64,000 nt of DNA, from contig CBFFRP010000292.1 of assembly GCA_965644295.1 (NCBI GenBank), positions 96,647 through 160,646 on the forward strand, written 5' to 3'. Positions 11,501-23,690 of the stretch are shown here, in pieces (position 1 is the stretch's first letter; every line of letters begins with the position of its first letter). The notes beneath the pieces were generated by a model that did not search any database, was not told the DNA's origin, and saw nothing but the letters and a program-made list of their open reading frames with translations. The translations under genes were made by a program, and so were the position numbers. The DNA comes from Paraphysomonas bandaiensis (Eukaryota > Protista > Chrysophyceae).

Positions 11501-14500
11501 ACCTTCCGTATGGATGTGTGCCGGTGTCACCGAAACGATTGAATAGAAAAGCAGTTGCGGCCTCCAATGCTGCATCTTCTGCACCTGCAACGGCAACTAT
11601 CGGACAGCTAGCTATGAACGTTCAGACAACGAAGACTGTGTATTTGCAGCCGCCTCGACAGGCGATAATGTAAGTAATTGATGTGGCGATTTATTTGTGT
11701 AACGTTTCGCACAATAGTATGAAGTTCAATTGCGCTGATATTATAATCCGCGCCATAAAGAACTTTACACCATCCAAGTCCAAATCAGCAGAAGTGTTCT
11801 GTACAATGACATTCGTTGACGGGACAGGGTCCCCTGTGGGGGTTGGTAACAATGGTGTCTTTAGAACACATGGTGTCGAGCTCGCGAGCAGTGTGCAGTG
11901 GAGTCAAGAGGCCGTGTTTGACAGCAGTAGCACTGGTCTACTACGGGCTGTTTATTCTCATATTGAGGTAGTGGAGGTCGTGTGCGCTTCTGCATATCCT
12001 AATTAGCATTGTGGATAGGTGTGGCACTCCTGTCGAAGCGGATCGAATTCGTCTTCTGACCTAAGCTGTCTTGGAGAGGTCTACCTTCCTCTAAAGAATC
12101 TCAGCGAGAGGTATGTTGAGAGTACTCTGCCCCTCATGTGGAGTCCGAAAATGCCAGCGCAGTTCAAGTCAGGTATTTCAGTGGATTCTCCACCCCTTCC
12201 CCTTATTTTTGTTGCATAGAGTTTCCTTCTTTTGGTTCCATTACTGTTGGGGCCAAGATATACGGCTCTGTTGTTGGAGGTGATAAATATATTTAATCTC
12301 GGATTATGACATTGATATATTGTGAATATCATGCAGGAACCGACACTGGTGATATAACGTTTAAATCTTCACTTTGTCTGTAAGTATTTTTGGCATGGTG
12401 TAGTTTTTACCTGACATCATGTGCAGGGCCCCTGCCACTTCTTCAGGTTGGACTTGCCGCTCAATTTCGCCGGGATCGAGTGATACCTCCGTACGGAAAT
12501 TGGATTACAGTGACTGCTTTGTAGCGAATTTAACTGGCCCAGCGCTTATCCTGAATTCTTTTGATACCGCAATGAAGAGTTTGTCTTGCTGGGGACAATT
12601 TGTTTCTGTAAAGCCGCCATCTGGGTACGTAGCCATGATTGTGAGAGAGTATATCTATGCTTAACTTTTCTCCCAGGAGTCGTATATTGTCCTCGTCTTT
12701 ATCACTGGATAGCTCTGGAGCATCTCCGCAGGCGTCTCCTCAATCCGAGGAGCGCACCCCGCGGATGCTGAAGCGTCTATCTGGGACGCATGTGTCCCCA
12801 AGTCCTGAATCTCCTGATGCTAAACTGGGAAGGCGACTGACCTCTGTGAGCTCATCTCAGGCTATGGCTCGAGAATTGAGTAAGCGATTGAGCAGTACAT
12901 CTAACCTTTTGTCCTCCTCCTTTAGTTCATCAAGCTCCGGTACAGTCGCCGCTATAAGTATATCCGCCCTTGCAGCACCAGCTGGTTCGGCGGCTGCACA
13001 GGCGGAAGTCGACACAGATGACTTAGCGCGACCCGCAGGAGAACTAGTGGCCAGTCGAGAGGCAGAGGGTTTAGGCAATAGCTGCTGTGTGAAAATACCT
13101 TGGCGACAGGTTTATTTTTTTTGTTCGTTTAGTATTTGTTAATGGTTGTCTCTTTATAGGTCGTGGACGTCGAAGTGATCTCGAATAGTGCTGTCATTAT
13201 CACGGTAGATGTTCATGTATCGTCATCTGACTATGGCGGTGATGGTCATGACAACTCACGGGTGTCCACACTGGAGCTGCTTATGGGCCCATGCCCAGCA
13301 AGAAGGTGTGGATACGGGGTCTGTCGTTCTTGTGCTTATTCTGATGTCTTTGAATGCAGTGTGGAACTACTGGTCAGGGAGCGAATGGGAGAAGAGGATA
13401 TTCATGCTAAACTAGAGGCTGAGCTAAGTCGACAGCGCAGGGTGGAGGGTGAGAAACCGTTCCTTCATTTACGTGCAGCCAGGTCCTTGTGTTGTACAGA
13501 TTTTAAGCATTGCTTACCCTACACAATGTTCAGGGACATATTAGTGAAGCTCGCATTCGATATCAAAGAAACGAAAAGATTCCTACATCTCCTTCAGAAG
13601 AAGTACAGTCGCCACCAAAACCACATAGTGCGTGCCCAGCGGAGTTCTGAGAACACTGCTGTAGATGCAGGACCTCTTAGCGACACAAGGGATGGAAAGA
13701 AGGAATCTATATTTTGTAGTATGCTGAAGAACCCCTTTTCCCTTTCTTGTGTGCTACTGGAAGTTTGGAGCTACCATGTTTCGCGGCTTTTCCGGCTTCT
13801 ATGTTATGCTGCTGTGTTGCTGAAGCAGAGCTACCTGACGTGTAGGGCGGAGATGGAGAGACAAGAGCCCTCTTACTATTCGGAGGAGGGGATTGCACAA
13901 CACATGGATGCCAATACGGAGTACTTTGAGTATCAATGCTTTAGGATGAAACCGGAGGTTTCACTCGGAAGCGACGAGGGCACCGAGAAAAGAAATGATG
14001 GACCAGTACCAAATTCCACTCCGAGTGTGTATCGTGTTAAAGAGTTCGTCGATCTTGCTGAGAATTATGCGTTGGATATGATTCTTTTAGGATGGAATCA
14101 TTTTACTCACATCGATAGACTCAAAACACCTGCGAAAACATTGACTACAGAAATTGCTCATTCGAGTGTGGCCCTACCGCCCATAGCTCCTTACCTGGAT
14201 ATTCTCATCAATGGTTATTATAATAGGACCATCAGCCTTGTAGGAAAATGTATTTCTAATTTCGACAAATTCGAGTCGGTTCGAAGCAAATTGGAACTGA
14301 TTCACTTTGTTGTAACTACTGACAGTCGACTTGCACTGTCAATCGTTGATGCACTTGCTGTCATTGGGCTCCACCTGACACCATCACCTACCCTCTCCTT
14401 AACATTGCATTTAGATGATCTTTTAGATGAATTGCCTGGTGTTGTGTCGGGAGAGCTTGATAATTTTATTTCCAATGCACTTAGGTCTGGTAAGACAGAT

Positions 14501-17084
14501 GGTGATCGCAGCTCTTTCCCCTGGACAATCCATAAGGATGCCGACACTGGTTTGCTTGTGGGTCCGATTCCTCGATTGATATTAGATATCCTCAGCTCCT
14601 ATATGAAGCTCACTGCTCCATTGCCCGATAGCAGTTCTTTCACGACTTATGACGAAGGGCGTCGGGAAGAAGGTCGACTCAGACGCATGAATGACATAAT
14701 TGCAGTGCAAACCATATCTAGTTACACCACACTTGTCACTGCTTATGAGAGTATTTTAATTCACCTCAAGAGTGTAGTGGATGCCTATGCTGATTCATCT
14801 GGTCGTGGAGAACGGGCTGACAATGATGAGGATGTGGAAACTGATCCTGATGCTCCCTACCCCTCATGTCTTTCGGAAGCAGACGACATTTCATCTATTC
14901 TGTACTTCCTCTGTTCACTGTGTAATGACTGTGAAAAGGTCTGCACTTCCCACCTTCACCTATTGGCAGGAAAGGTTTCTCATCCTTCCACAGAATTTAG
15001 GTCTCGGGTGGCTAAGATTGAATCTGACCTGATGTATGTCGGGTGGACAGCAGTGGAAATAATCACTAAAATTATTTTTACTGATACGGAGGATGCCTTC
15101 AAAGCCGATTTTGCTGCTGTGTGGAATAGTCAGACCTCGCCATTATTGGAAGTGATGCAGTCGTTGCAGGCGTATATGACGGACATGCAGCGCTGTCTAG
15201 CGCAAGAGTATCTGCAGAAGCTCGTTATATCATGTGGACGGAAGCTGATCCGTCAGTACTTTATGATGCTTTATTCTCACAGCCAACAAATTGAAGACAC
15301 AAACAAGAGAATGGTACGGGAGGTTGAAGAGCGTCCCAAACTTTCATCCCTCCTTCAACGAATTCCATCTTTTGGTTTTAAGCGGATTGAAGATCAGAAA
15401 CAATTATTGCTTGAGAAAGAAGAGAGGGAGCTTCAAGAGGTGCACCAGAAGCGGGTGGTATTTGACTCTGTACACATTCAACAGATTCAAGAAGACGTGG
15501 AGCGAATGGCAACCTTTTGCGCGAGAAATTCATCATCTGTGTCTCCCTTTCAAAATTCTGAGCTGTCGGCACAGTTCAGTCAGATCAATGTCAGTATATT
15601 GTGCTATCATAAGTGAAACTGATGTAACTTAATTGTGCTGGTTCCTAGGCGTTTGTATGTGCTTTGGAGGCTGATTATTCAGAGTCCTACCCTGAGGATT
15701 TCATGCGAGCTATACAAGAGGTGAGTGGGTGAGTGATGATACGTATTGCATGCGAATGATGTTTTTCTCGCAGCTGGTGATGCTGGGGGGGACAGCTGAA
15801 ACCGTTTCATGTATTACTACTCTCAAAGACCTCGACCGTGCCTCTGCTGATGCAGTGATTCAGCTGGCTTTTCCATCTTCGCAATCCATAGAGCCATCAG
15901 CCCAGTCGTCTCCTGCATCGGGTTCCAGTAGTCAGTTCCAATACACTCGCCCGGCTATCCTTGGCGTCACCTCGAACACTACTCCAGCTGAATATATTAG
16001 CAGCGGTGGGAGGAGCCTCCACGATGTTTCATACTCTGCTAGCTGGCATGGGACGAGTGCCAGTGGGGCGGCAAGGGCACGAGACATTAGCTATTGCGAT
16101 ATGTTGGATGCTGAAGAGGAGAGTCTGGGGCTTGGTTTATCTCATCATGTAGAGGAGGAAGTGGCCACTTCAAGTGACTCGGCCTCCATAGAGGTATGTG
16201 ATATCGACGTGTGTTCTCGCGGTTGATTTTGTGATTCGACAGGATGATGTCGAAGACCCTTCTAGAGTTCCATCTCCGCGAACATCAACAGCAAACAAGA
16301 TATCAAGTCAAGGACGGGGAAGGCTTAATACAGGTCCTGTGGTAGGTGGCGTTACAAGTATTAGGAAGCGTAGTGGCAGTGGTAGTAGTTCGCGTTCTTC
16401 ACTGCCCATTCCCCGCGTCATCGCTAGTAACCGAGGCGGGAAAATCCCAGCTATGGGTGAAGCGGGTGGGAGTGAGATAAGAGTATGTGCTCTACGTTGT
16501 CGAAGGCTACGAGCAGGCACCGCAATGGACTTTTCTGCTATGAATGAACAGAAGCTTGTTGTGGTGGGTGTAATCACTCGTCTTGTGTAAGTTGTTATTC
16601 ATATGTTACTGATGAGTTATACAGCGTGTGAGGTGTGGGCCATTGATGACACAGACGGGGCGCGCTCGATGCAGCAGGAATCCTCTGTGGGCTGAGACCC
16701 TGATATTTCCAGTAAAGGTATGCAGTATTTCCTGTGTTTGCAACTTGTTGGTTTTTGTTTTATGTGTTCGGTGTGGAATCAGCCCCCTTTAGCTATTACT
16801 TTTGAAGTCCTGAAGTGCGAGCCTAAAAGAAACACTAGGTTTGTTATTCACTGCAATCTGCTGACAGACAATATGTAATGTATAGCTGTAGAGTGAATAT
16901 ACTGGCGGAGTGTGCCCTGCCGCTGCATGGGCTGTCCCCGTCACTTCCCTTGGACGTGTGGATTCCACTTCATATTCCTCAAACGTTGGGCCCCATGCGA
17001 CAGAACAAGAGAAAACCGGCTGATACAGATTGCTCTGACATGATGCTGCATGCCTGTGTGATTTGGGACGAGGGATCCGACTGA
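8543..17084 (+). CDS. Large multi-exon protein: 2x DysF-like, several C2-like, PH-like, Sec6/MUN-like helical region, C-terminal C2-like
   Basis: Contiguous + ORFs joined by short GT-AG introns. DysF signatures YSWMANWKID..DEEGW..FVRRRRWYR and FENQR..GYDWLDDWHVD..DCEGFYYA..VRTRRWLR. C2-like segments such as VFRTHGV...VQWSQEAVF and LGEVYLPL. Sec6-like segment IIFTD...LQAYMTDMQRCL...IRQYF. Confidence 0.65.
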
Positions 17085-17640
17085 TAACGCAGTCTGTCTA
17101 GTTAGCGATAAGTCTAGCGTGTAACTTGCAGTGATACTTATTTTCTGCATGATGCATTGTGAATAGTTAGGGCACGAAAGTCTTAGATATATTTACGCTA
17201 CTGTATGTTAATATGGTAGTTCAATGTAATCTAGATCTATGGCGAATTCGGTGTTTTATCTTGTTGCCATGTCAGTTGCTTGTACATTTATCATTTATCC
17301 ACATGTGACATTGTTAAGGAAACGTGTATACTGCAGAGAAAACCCAAATTCTACTCATTTGACTGAGAACTATTGCTTTTCATAACTATTGTTATTCTGT
17401 GTGAGCCACATGACACACAAAAAGGAGGGCAGGGGCACACAAATCCTCTTGCGCCGGGAGCCGGGAGGGTGCTTTGTCTTATGATTAGATAATTAGTTAT
17501 TTAAGAGTAATAAGGATTGATTTGAAGCAATATGAGTACTCATTTGTTTTCTTAATTTTTATCAGGGCACACCTATTTCAAGCAAGCACGCTAGTAATAG
17601 CTATACAATCTAATATTAAGTTTTCAACAGCATGAAGATA

Positions 17641-17790
17641 AGCTACAATTTACAATTTAACCTAGGGATAAGGAGTGTCGTCCCTTATCTAACTTCTAAA
17701 AGCCGGGGTTTCGCCCTCGTTTCAAAATTTTGAGCGCTGGACAATATAGAATATAGCATATAGCGTCCTTATATCCCGTGATTAAATATA
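17641..17790. mobile_element. MITE-like repeat with imperfect terminal inverted repeats
   Basis: Ends tttaacctagggataagg ... ccttatatcccgtgattaaa are imperfect inverted repeats. Reverse-complement homologue at 23240-23359 and a diverged relative at ~17885-17968. Confidence 0.55.
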
Positions 17791-19215
17791 ACTACATGAA
17801 ACCGTCGCCTGTATAGCTATTCACTGTACAACCTGTTCGTCGTGTCAATTATATTATGTTTGATATTTATTTTATACTGTAGTGCTATACGGGACAAAAA
17901 GAGGTTATATATTGTCTCACAGTCACAATTTTAAACAAGAAACGATACTTTTTATCCCATGGTTAAGATGAATCTCACTCCAATTATGTGCGAATTTCAC
18001 TTTACTAAATCAAATTTTATTTAAGTAGGCGGGCTGTCGTAGTGTGGTTGTGTATTGTATGCCGGATATAAAAGGCCATATTACCTCAGTGGCGATATTT
18101 GTACTCTACTGAACCAATTCAGCAGCTCAAACAAACAACCAGAAACTGTTGAGTGAAACTAAAGATAAAAGTATAGAATCGATATAGTGAAGAAGCTCAG
18201 AGAGAAAACTTTGCTACACGAGTAGTTGCAGTGAATTAAGTTCAAACATAAAACAACCGTTCTAATCAGAATCAAATCAATATCGGCAGTGTAAAGATAA
18301 ACGATGAACTCCTCTGTAGAGTTGAACTACTTTTTCTTCGAATGCTGTTAGTAATAATCTCAGCAGTGTTATGTACCTGAACACCCATCTCTCAGTTGGA
18401 TATCTAGTTTCTAAAATCTGATGAGCAACAAAAGTAACGGCCAATCGGATACGAGAAACGGTATTACCAAATCGCTGTTTGCTATTTGTTTGCTTACATC
18501 TGTGAATAAGAGTAACGGGTAACTGTATTATCTGATTGTCATCAAAGTAGATGCGCATATTCATCATTAACAACTGTGAGAATCCTCTCACGAAAGCTCT
18601 GAAGACAGAGCTGCATGATGAGCGAGGAGTGTCTGAGAGGAATGACATGACTGTTGGCCTATAGATTAACTATACTGGCCTTTCACATGCCGGGACAAGG
18701 CACCTCTCTTGTGACAATGTCTGCAATTGAGGCCACGTGCAGTCTACCCCACACATATCTAGATATTCTTCACTCAGCAGCAGTGCAGTGCATGCATTGG
18801 AGACACTAATAACAGGAACAGCCACTAGAAACCTAGCGTTACTCCATACGTACATCTGATTGGACAACTGGAGGACGAGACGATGAAGAGTATTCTGCTC
18901 CTGCCTGTTTGTAGTTCCCGCATGCATGGTGTACTCTGCAGGTATACAGCACAGTACAGTTGTATGCACCGGCAGTTGATGTTTCATACGACGAGAAATA
19001 CAGCAGTACGAATCTGCCGTATGCCGGTATGCAGTGCTGCACATCGCATCCCTTCGCTTCTGCTCAGTCGCACGCCCTCCTCTCCTCATACCGACAGAGC
19101 CCAGAGACCCAGACACACACACACATACACGCTCCTACATTACACAGCCAACCATCGTGAGCGCTGGTATAACTGTGAAGGCACTGCAGTGTATATCTGC
19201 TGATAGTTCATCTCA

Positions 19216-21393
19216 ATGGCACGACGTGGTCTCTTCAGGGCTCCAAACAAATCTAGTCGCCTCGCCCCCGTCTTCCTAACTATATGTGCGCTTCTCGCTG
19301 TCGCTCTGTTGTACAGGCAGCAGTTACTTGACTTCAGTCTTCGTTTGCTGGACTCTACAGATGTATCGCCTGGTAGAAATCTTCGAAGTGGACTCTGTGA
19401 ACCGGCTGACGATGAAAGCGACAGCGGCTGCCCGCAGGTAGCAGGAATTACATATGCTATATTTACTTTTTCCCACTTTCTGAATGTACAGGGCACAGTA
19501 CCAGAGATGGCAATTATATACGCCGTTGGGGCCTTGTACCTTTTTATTGCATTAGCAATTGTGTGTGATGAATTCTTTGTTCCCGCTCTGGAAGAGATTG
19601 GTGCAGCGTGGGAGATGAGTGATGACGTTGCAGGTGCAACTCTTATGGCTGCTGGTGGATCCGCGCCTGAGCTTGCGACATCTCTTATCGGTACATTCCG
19701 AGGATCGGATGTTGGGTTCGGCACTATTGTCGGATCTGCAGTGTTTAATGTACTATTTGTAATTGCATGCTGTGTCCTTTGTACACCACCAGAACTTTCT
19801 CCTCTGAAGCTGACTGGATGGCCACTGGCTCGCGATTGCTTCTGCTACATTGTATGTCTGCTGATGGTTGCTATGGTTTTTGGAGTGAACTCCCCTGGAA
19901 TCATAGAGGCATGGGAGGCGGCATTTCTTTTCATGCTCTACATTATATACTGTGTAATAATGGCATTCAACGAGCAATTGTATGAATACTTCAACAAACC
20001 AGCTGAAGAATTGGGAGAGAAAAAGGCCTCCGATGAGGTCAATGATGTACTGCTCACGGATATGGCTTCTCCGCGTGGGTCTGCGCATTTTCCTTCCCAT
20101 TACAGGGCTGGTTTTGTACAATTGCTAACTCAAGATAGATCTATTTTCGATACTGCTGCTGTGCATTGTGTAAAGGTTATTGATGGAGACGTGCGAGCAG
20201 TATTTGACAAGTTGGATACGGACGGGTCGGGCACCATTGATGCGATAGAACTGAAGAAACTTTTGATTGATCTCTACAACGGAAACCCAGAAGTTAAGGT
20301 AACGGATGAGTATGTCAACGAAATCATGAAGGAGCTCGATATTGACCGTAATGGTGTCGTGGACTTTTCTGAGTTCACTGTGTGGTATGTGAAATCGGAG
20401 GAGCGATTAAAAAATGAGGAAAAGCATATATTTGACGAATTGGATGTGGACAAAACCGGTAGTATCCCCCTCAGTATGCTGGGGACTTTACTCAGTAAGC
20501 TGGATGTGAAGTATTCTCAGCAAAGCCTCGAAGAGGCTATACATTTCTTTCGCACAGTGAGCCCAGCGACTGCTCAGAGTGACCGGGATCATATTATATG
20601 TGAAGAATACAGCGAATCCAGAGATTTCGAGATGCTCAACAAGGGTGTAGATGCCCCCAAACAGGCTAGCAGCACCATAACGTATCAGCAGTTTGCGAAT
20701 TGGTTTGAGCACACTTCGTTGTGGAAGGAAAAACAACATGACGCTGAGATAGCTGCAGAGGCAGCAGAAGGTATATGGGGGGAACTCCTTGATTTCCCAA
20801 AGGAGTGCACGAGGGCTAATGTGATGTACGTTTTTCTTGCACCCATAACTTGGACTCTGGCGTGCACAGTGGGTATAAAGGACGTCCGCATTCCTGGAAA
20901 TAGTGGGTGGTGCTACTACCAATTTTTGTTCGCTATAGCCTGGATTGGCGCTTATTCGTACTTAGTGGTGGACTGGATCGAGATTATTGGTGCCACCATT
21001 GGTGTGCCATCTGTGGTCATGGGTTTAACCGTACTTGCCGCTGGGACCAGCATCCCAGATCTTCTCTCTTCTGTCGTGGTGGCTAAGGCTGGTAAGGGAG
21101 ACATGGCAGTGTCATCTTCTATTGGTAGCAATATATTCGACGTATGCGTGGGACTACCCGTTCCATGGATGCTCTTTAACATATTCATGGACTGCCCTGT
21201 AGTCGTCGGAGCCGACAATCTCTTTGTCTCTGTTATCGTTCTTCTCGGAATGGTTGGCGCTGTAATATTTTCGGTCATGGCATCAGGGTGGAAAATGGAC
21301 TACTCATTGGGAGGTGCTATGTTCGTATTTTACATCCTATTCGTCGTTCAGGATGTTGTCCGCGTTTACCTGACAGAAGACATAGTCTGTTAA
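19216..21393 (+). CDS. K+-dependent Na+/Ca2+ exchanger (NCKX/SLC24-like) with EF-hands in the central loop
   Basis: Alpha-1 repeat (VCDEFFVPAL, DVAGATLMAAGGSAPE, IVGSAVFN), alpha-2 repeat (AAGTSIPD, GDMAVSSSIGSNIFD), EF-hands DTDGSGTIDAIEL and DIDRNGVVDFSEF. Probable in-frame 54-nt intron 19438-19491. Confidence 0.92.
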   Translation: MARRGLFRAPNKSSRLAPVFLTICALLAVALLYRQQLLDFSLRLLDSTDVSPGRNLRSGLCEPADDESDSGCPQVAGITYAIFTFSHFLNVQGTVPEMAIIYAVGALYLFIALAIVCDEFFVPALEEIGAAWEMSDDVAGATLMAAGGSAPELATSLIGTFRGSDVGFGTIVGSAVFNVLFVIACCVLCTPPELSPLKLTGWPLARDCFCYIVCLLMVAMVFGVNSPGIIEAWEAAFLFMLYIIYCVIMAFNEQLYEYFNKPAEELGEKKASDEVNDVLLTDMASPRGSAHFPSHYRAGFVQLLTQDRSIFDTAAVHCVKVIDGDVRAVFDKLDTDGSGTIDAIELKKLLIDLYNGNPEVKVTDEYVNEIMKELDIDRNGVVDFSEFTVWYVKSEERLKNEEKHIFDELDVDKTGSIPLSMLGTLLSKLDVKYSQQSLEEAIHFFRTVSPATAQSDRDHIICEEYSESRDFEMLNKGVDAPKQASSTITYQQFANWFEHTSLWKEKQHDAEIAAEAAEGIWGELLDFPKECTRANVMYVFLAPITWTLACTVGIKDVRIPGNSGWCYYQFLFAIAWIGAYSYLVVDWIEIIGATIGVPSVVMGLTVLAAGTSIPDLLSSVVVAKAGKGDMAVSSSIGSNIFDVCVGLPVPWMLFNIFMDCPVVVGADNLFVSVIVLLGMVGAVIFSVMASGWKMDYSLGGAMFVFYILFVVQDVVRVYLTEDIVC

Positions 21394-21890
21394 AATCCAC
21401 TATGTGTTTGTGCTGAAACTGTATTGTATAGTATATTTGTGATAATGTGTGCGTAGTTTTAGATGTACTCTGTCCTGTGAGAAACGTCGAATGGTCAACA
21501 TGACGATTGTGCATACAACTTGGTGGAATTGTATAGTCTGATATTGCTGACTTGAGACTATTTATGAAATTCTAACTTTTACTGCTCTACAATATTTATA
21601 TATTGACTGAAGTGTAGTAGAATTCGCTTGGGCAACGCGTAAAACCACGAAACGCTTGGAAATTTAAGCTACACGCACGTAAATACCATCTCACCGCTCT
21701 TACTGCATGTTTCTAGTGATTTTCACTAACTGATTTCTAGTGATGATAATAAATGGAGGTGGTTAACATATTGATAAACCTAAATTCTGAAATAGCACCA
21801 CCACACTATTGATTATTGATAAAAGATAGAAGTACTAAAACCAGTCATATATAATATCATTTCTTGTGCCTTGTACAGCCATGCATATAT

Positions 21891-22389
21891 TGAAAGTCTT
21901 ATTATTATTATTATTAGCAATAGGCGTTAAAAACCTGCACCAACTTAGTAGCTAGATGAATGTTAGACAAACTAGTTAGACCTCTACCTGTAACTAGTAA
22001 CTAATCAGTACACACTTTTTTCATCCTACTATTTAACGCTACGGAAGCTGCTTGTGCGTCGCCGCAAGCACCAAGGTGCGACCACTTCCGCTCTGATTTC
22101 TTAAGGTGAACATCCCGGATGCTTCACTTCAGCAGGCAGCCCAATACCCCGGTTACCCTTCAGGTGGGCCCATTCCCGGATGCCTGTTTATTCATCAGGG
22201 CCCAAAGACGTCTACACAAGTGACACTTATTGGTGTCCCTTGTACCACACAAGCATTCGGCTATGAGTGGGCAGAAGAATATCTGCTGACTATGTTTGCG
22301 GCTCACGTTAGTTTCCCAGAGAGAATCTCCGGTACTTATCCCCCAGAACACCACCACACGAAATGGTGCGAGTCCGACTTTTTTGAGGG
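21891..22389 (-). mobile_element. SINE-like dispersed repeat, copy B (both ends present)
   Basis: Runs tgaaagtc(tta)n..gcaataggcg ... gtgcgagtccgacttttttgaggg. TSD gccatgcatatat (21878-21890) / gccatgcatagac (22390-22402). Confidence 0.85.
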
Positions 22390-23239
22390 GCCATGCATAG
22401 ACAGGTACTAATAGTAAATATTAATTCAGTTTATTTCTACCATTTATCGTATTCACGTATATGACATAATATATATAACATTAGTTTTGTTTCTGCTCTG
22501 CAGTTACAGTTACAACATACACCAACACCGCTTTCGCTTATATTGAATGTCTGATTATTACCTACTAGTCAAGCGGTTGAAAAACCTAGTCATTTAATAA
22601 TTCATATTTTCATTTAACAATGACTAGGCTAACAAGGTGTTTATGGTATTCACCTAGTCAAAATAAAAAATTCATTCAAGCATGAAAGCATACTCTAGCT
22701 ATCAAAATTAATAAATGTAAATATTGTATACATGCTATACATCACATTTCAAAGTCACATTCCAATGAGATAAAAAGCAGAATTAACAACAGGAAGTGGT
22801 CACAGGAAGTTGTTTGTTGGATAGCGCCCTTCTATGGGTTGTGGTGACGTGGAGTAGGGTGGGTATGTTCGGTTAGGGTTCTGTGGAAGGTGTATTGTGG
22901 CGTCGTGGTAGTACAGTAGTACGTGGAGATGCCGTTTGCGTCTGAGAGGAGGGGCAGTGAATGTGGTGTTGTCCTCAAACTGTTGTAGAGCGGGGCGGAA
23001 CAGGTTAACTATGATTGCCAATATCATTCTCTCCGGCCGCACTCTACTATTGCAGCCGACGAGTAGCACCGGCGGGCGACTATACTTCATGTTATTTTAT
23101 TGGCGATATGTGCACACGTGCTGATACTATATACAATGCTGCTGAGATTTATTGAGTTCTGTTTTTGTGGGCTTATTACATAAAACTCACAAAATTCCGC
23201 CATCATACCAGAAACACTATCTACATGCCATCTCTAGTT

Positions 23240-23359
23240 ATATTATTTATCTAACCACGGGTTATAAGGAGGCTATATTATATTGTCCAGCGCTTAAATT
23301 TTTGAAGCGTAAAGATTATAATTTACTCCTTCTTATCTCTAGTAGGTTAAATTGTAGCT
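23240..23359. mobile_element. MITE-like repeat, inverted copy of 17641-17790
   Basis: cacgggttataaggaggctatat...tattgtccagcgcttaaatttttgaa...taggttaaattgtagct matches the reverse complement of 17641-17790. Confidence 0.55.
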
Positions 23360-23690
23360 AATCCTCATGATGTCGAAAATCAAACACATCTGATGGTAGT
23401 CCAAATCCCAGTAATTATAATGGCATTAATGTAAAATGATTCGGCAATTACAATGACATTAGCATTAATGACCCATTAATGGCCGTTAGTACCTAAGTAG
23501 ATAACACCACTCATAATAGAGATAGTGTGGTGCTCCCTTAATTACTAATTTAGTTAAATAACAGACTACGAATCTACTTCTTCTCGCTCTCCTCTGGCAC
23601 ATCAGGATCTTCTTGCAGGGCTTGATGATGGAAGGCATAAGCATCTCACAACATGTAATTGGCTCGTACGAATAACAACAATTCTGGACA

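Noticed and set aside
19140-21278. Antisense ORFs overlapping NCKX and other genes
   Set aside because: Shadow ORFs of real coding sequence with no motifs.
22106-22411. ORFs within SINE-like copies
   Set aside because: Frames are not preserved among copies, which have indels and stops.
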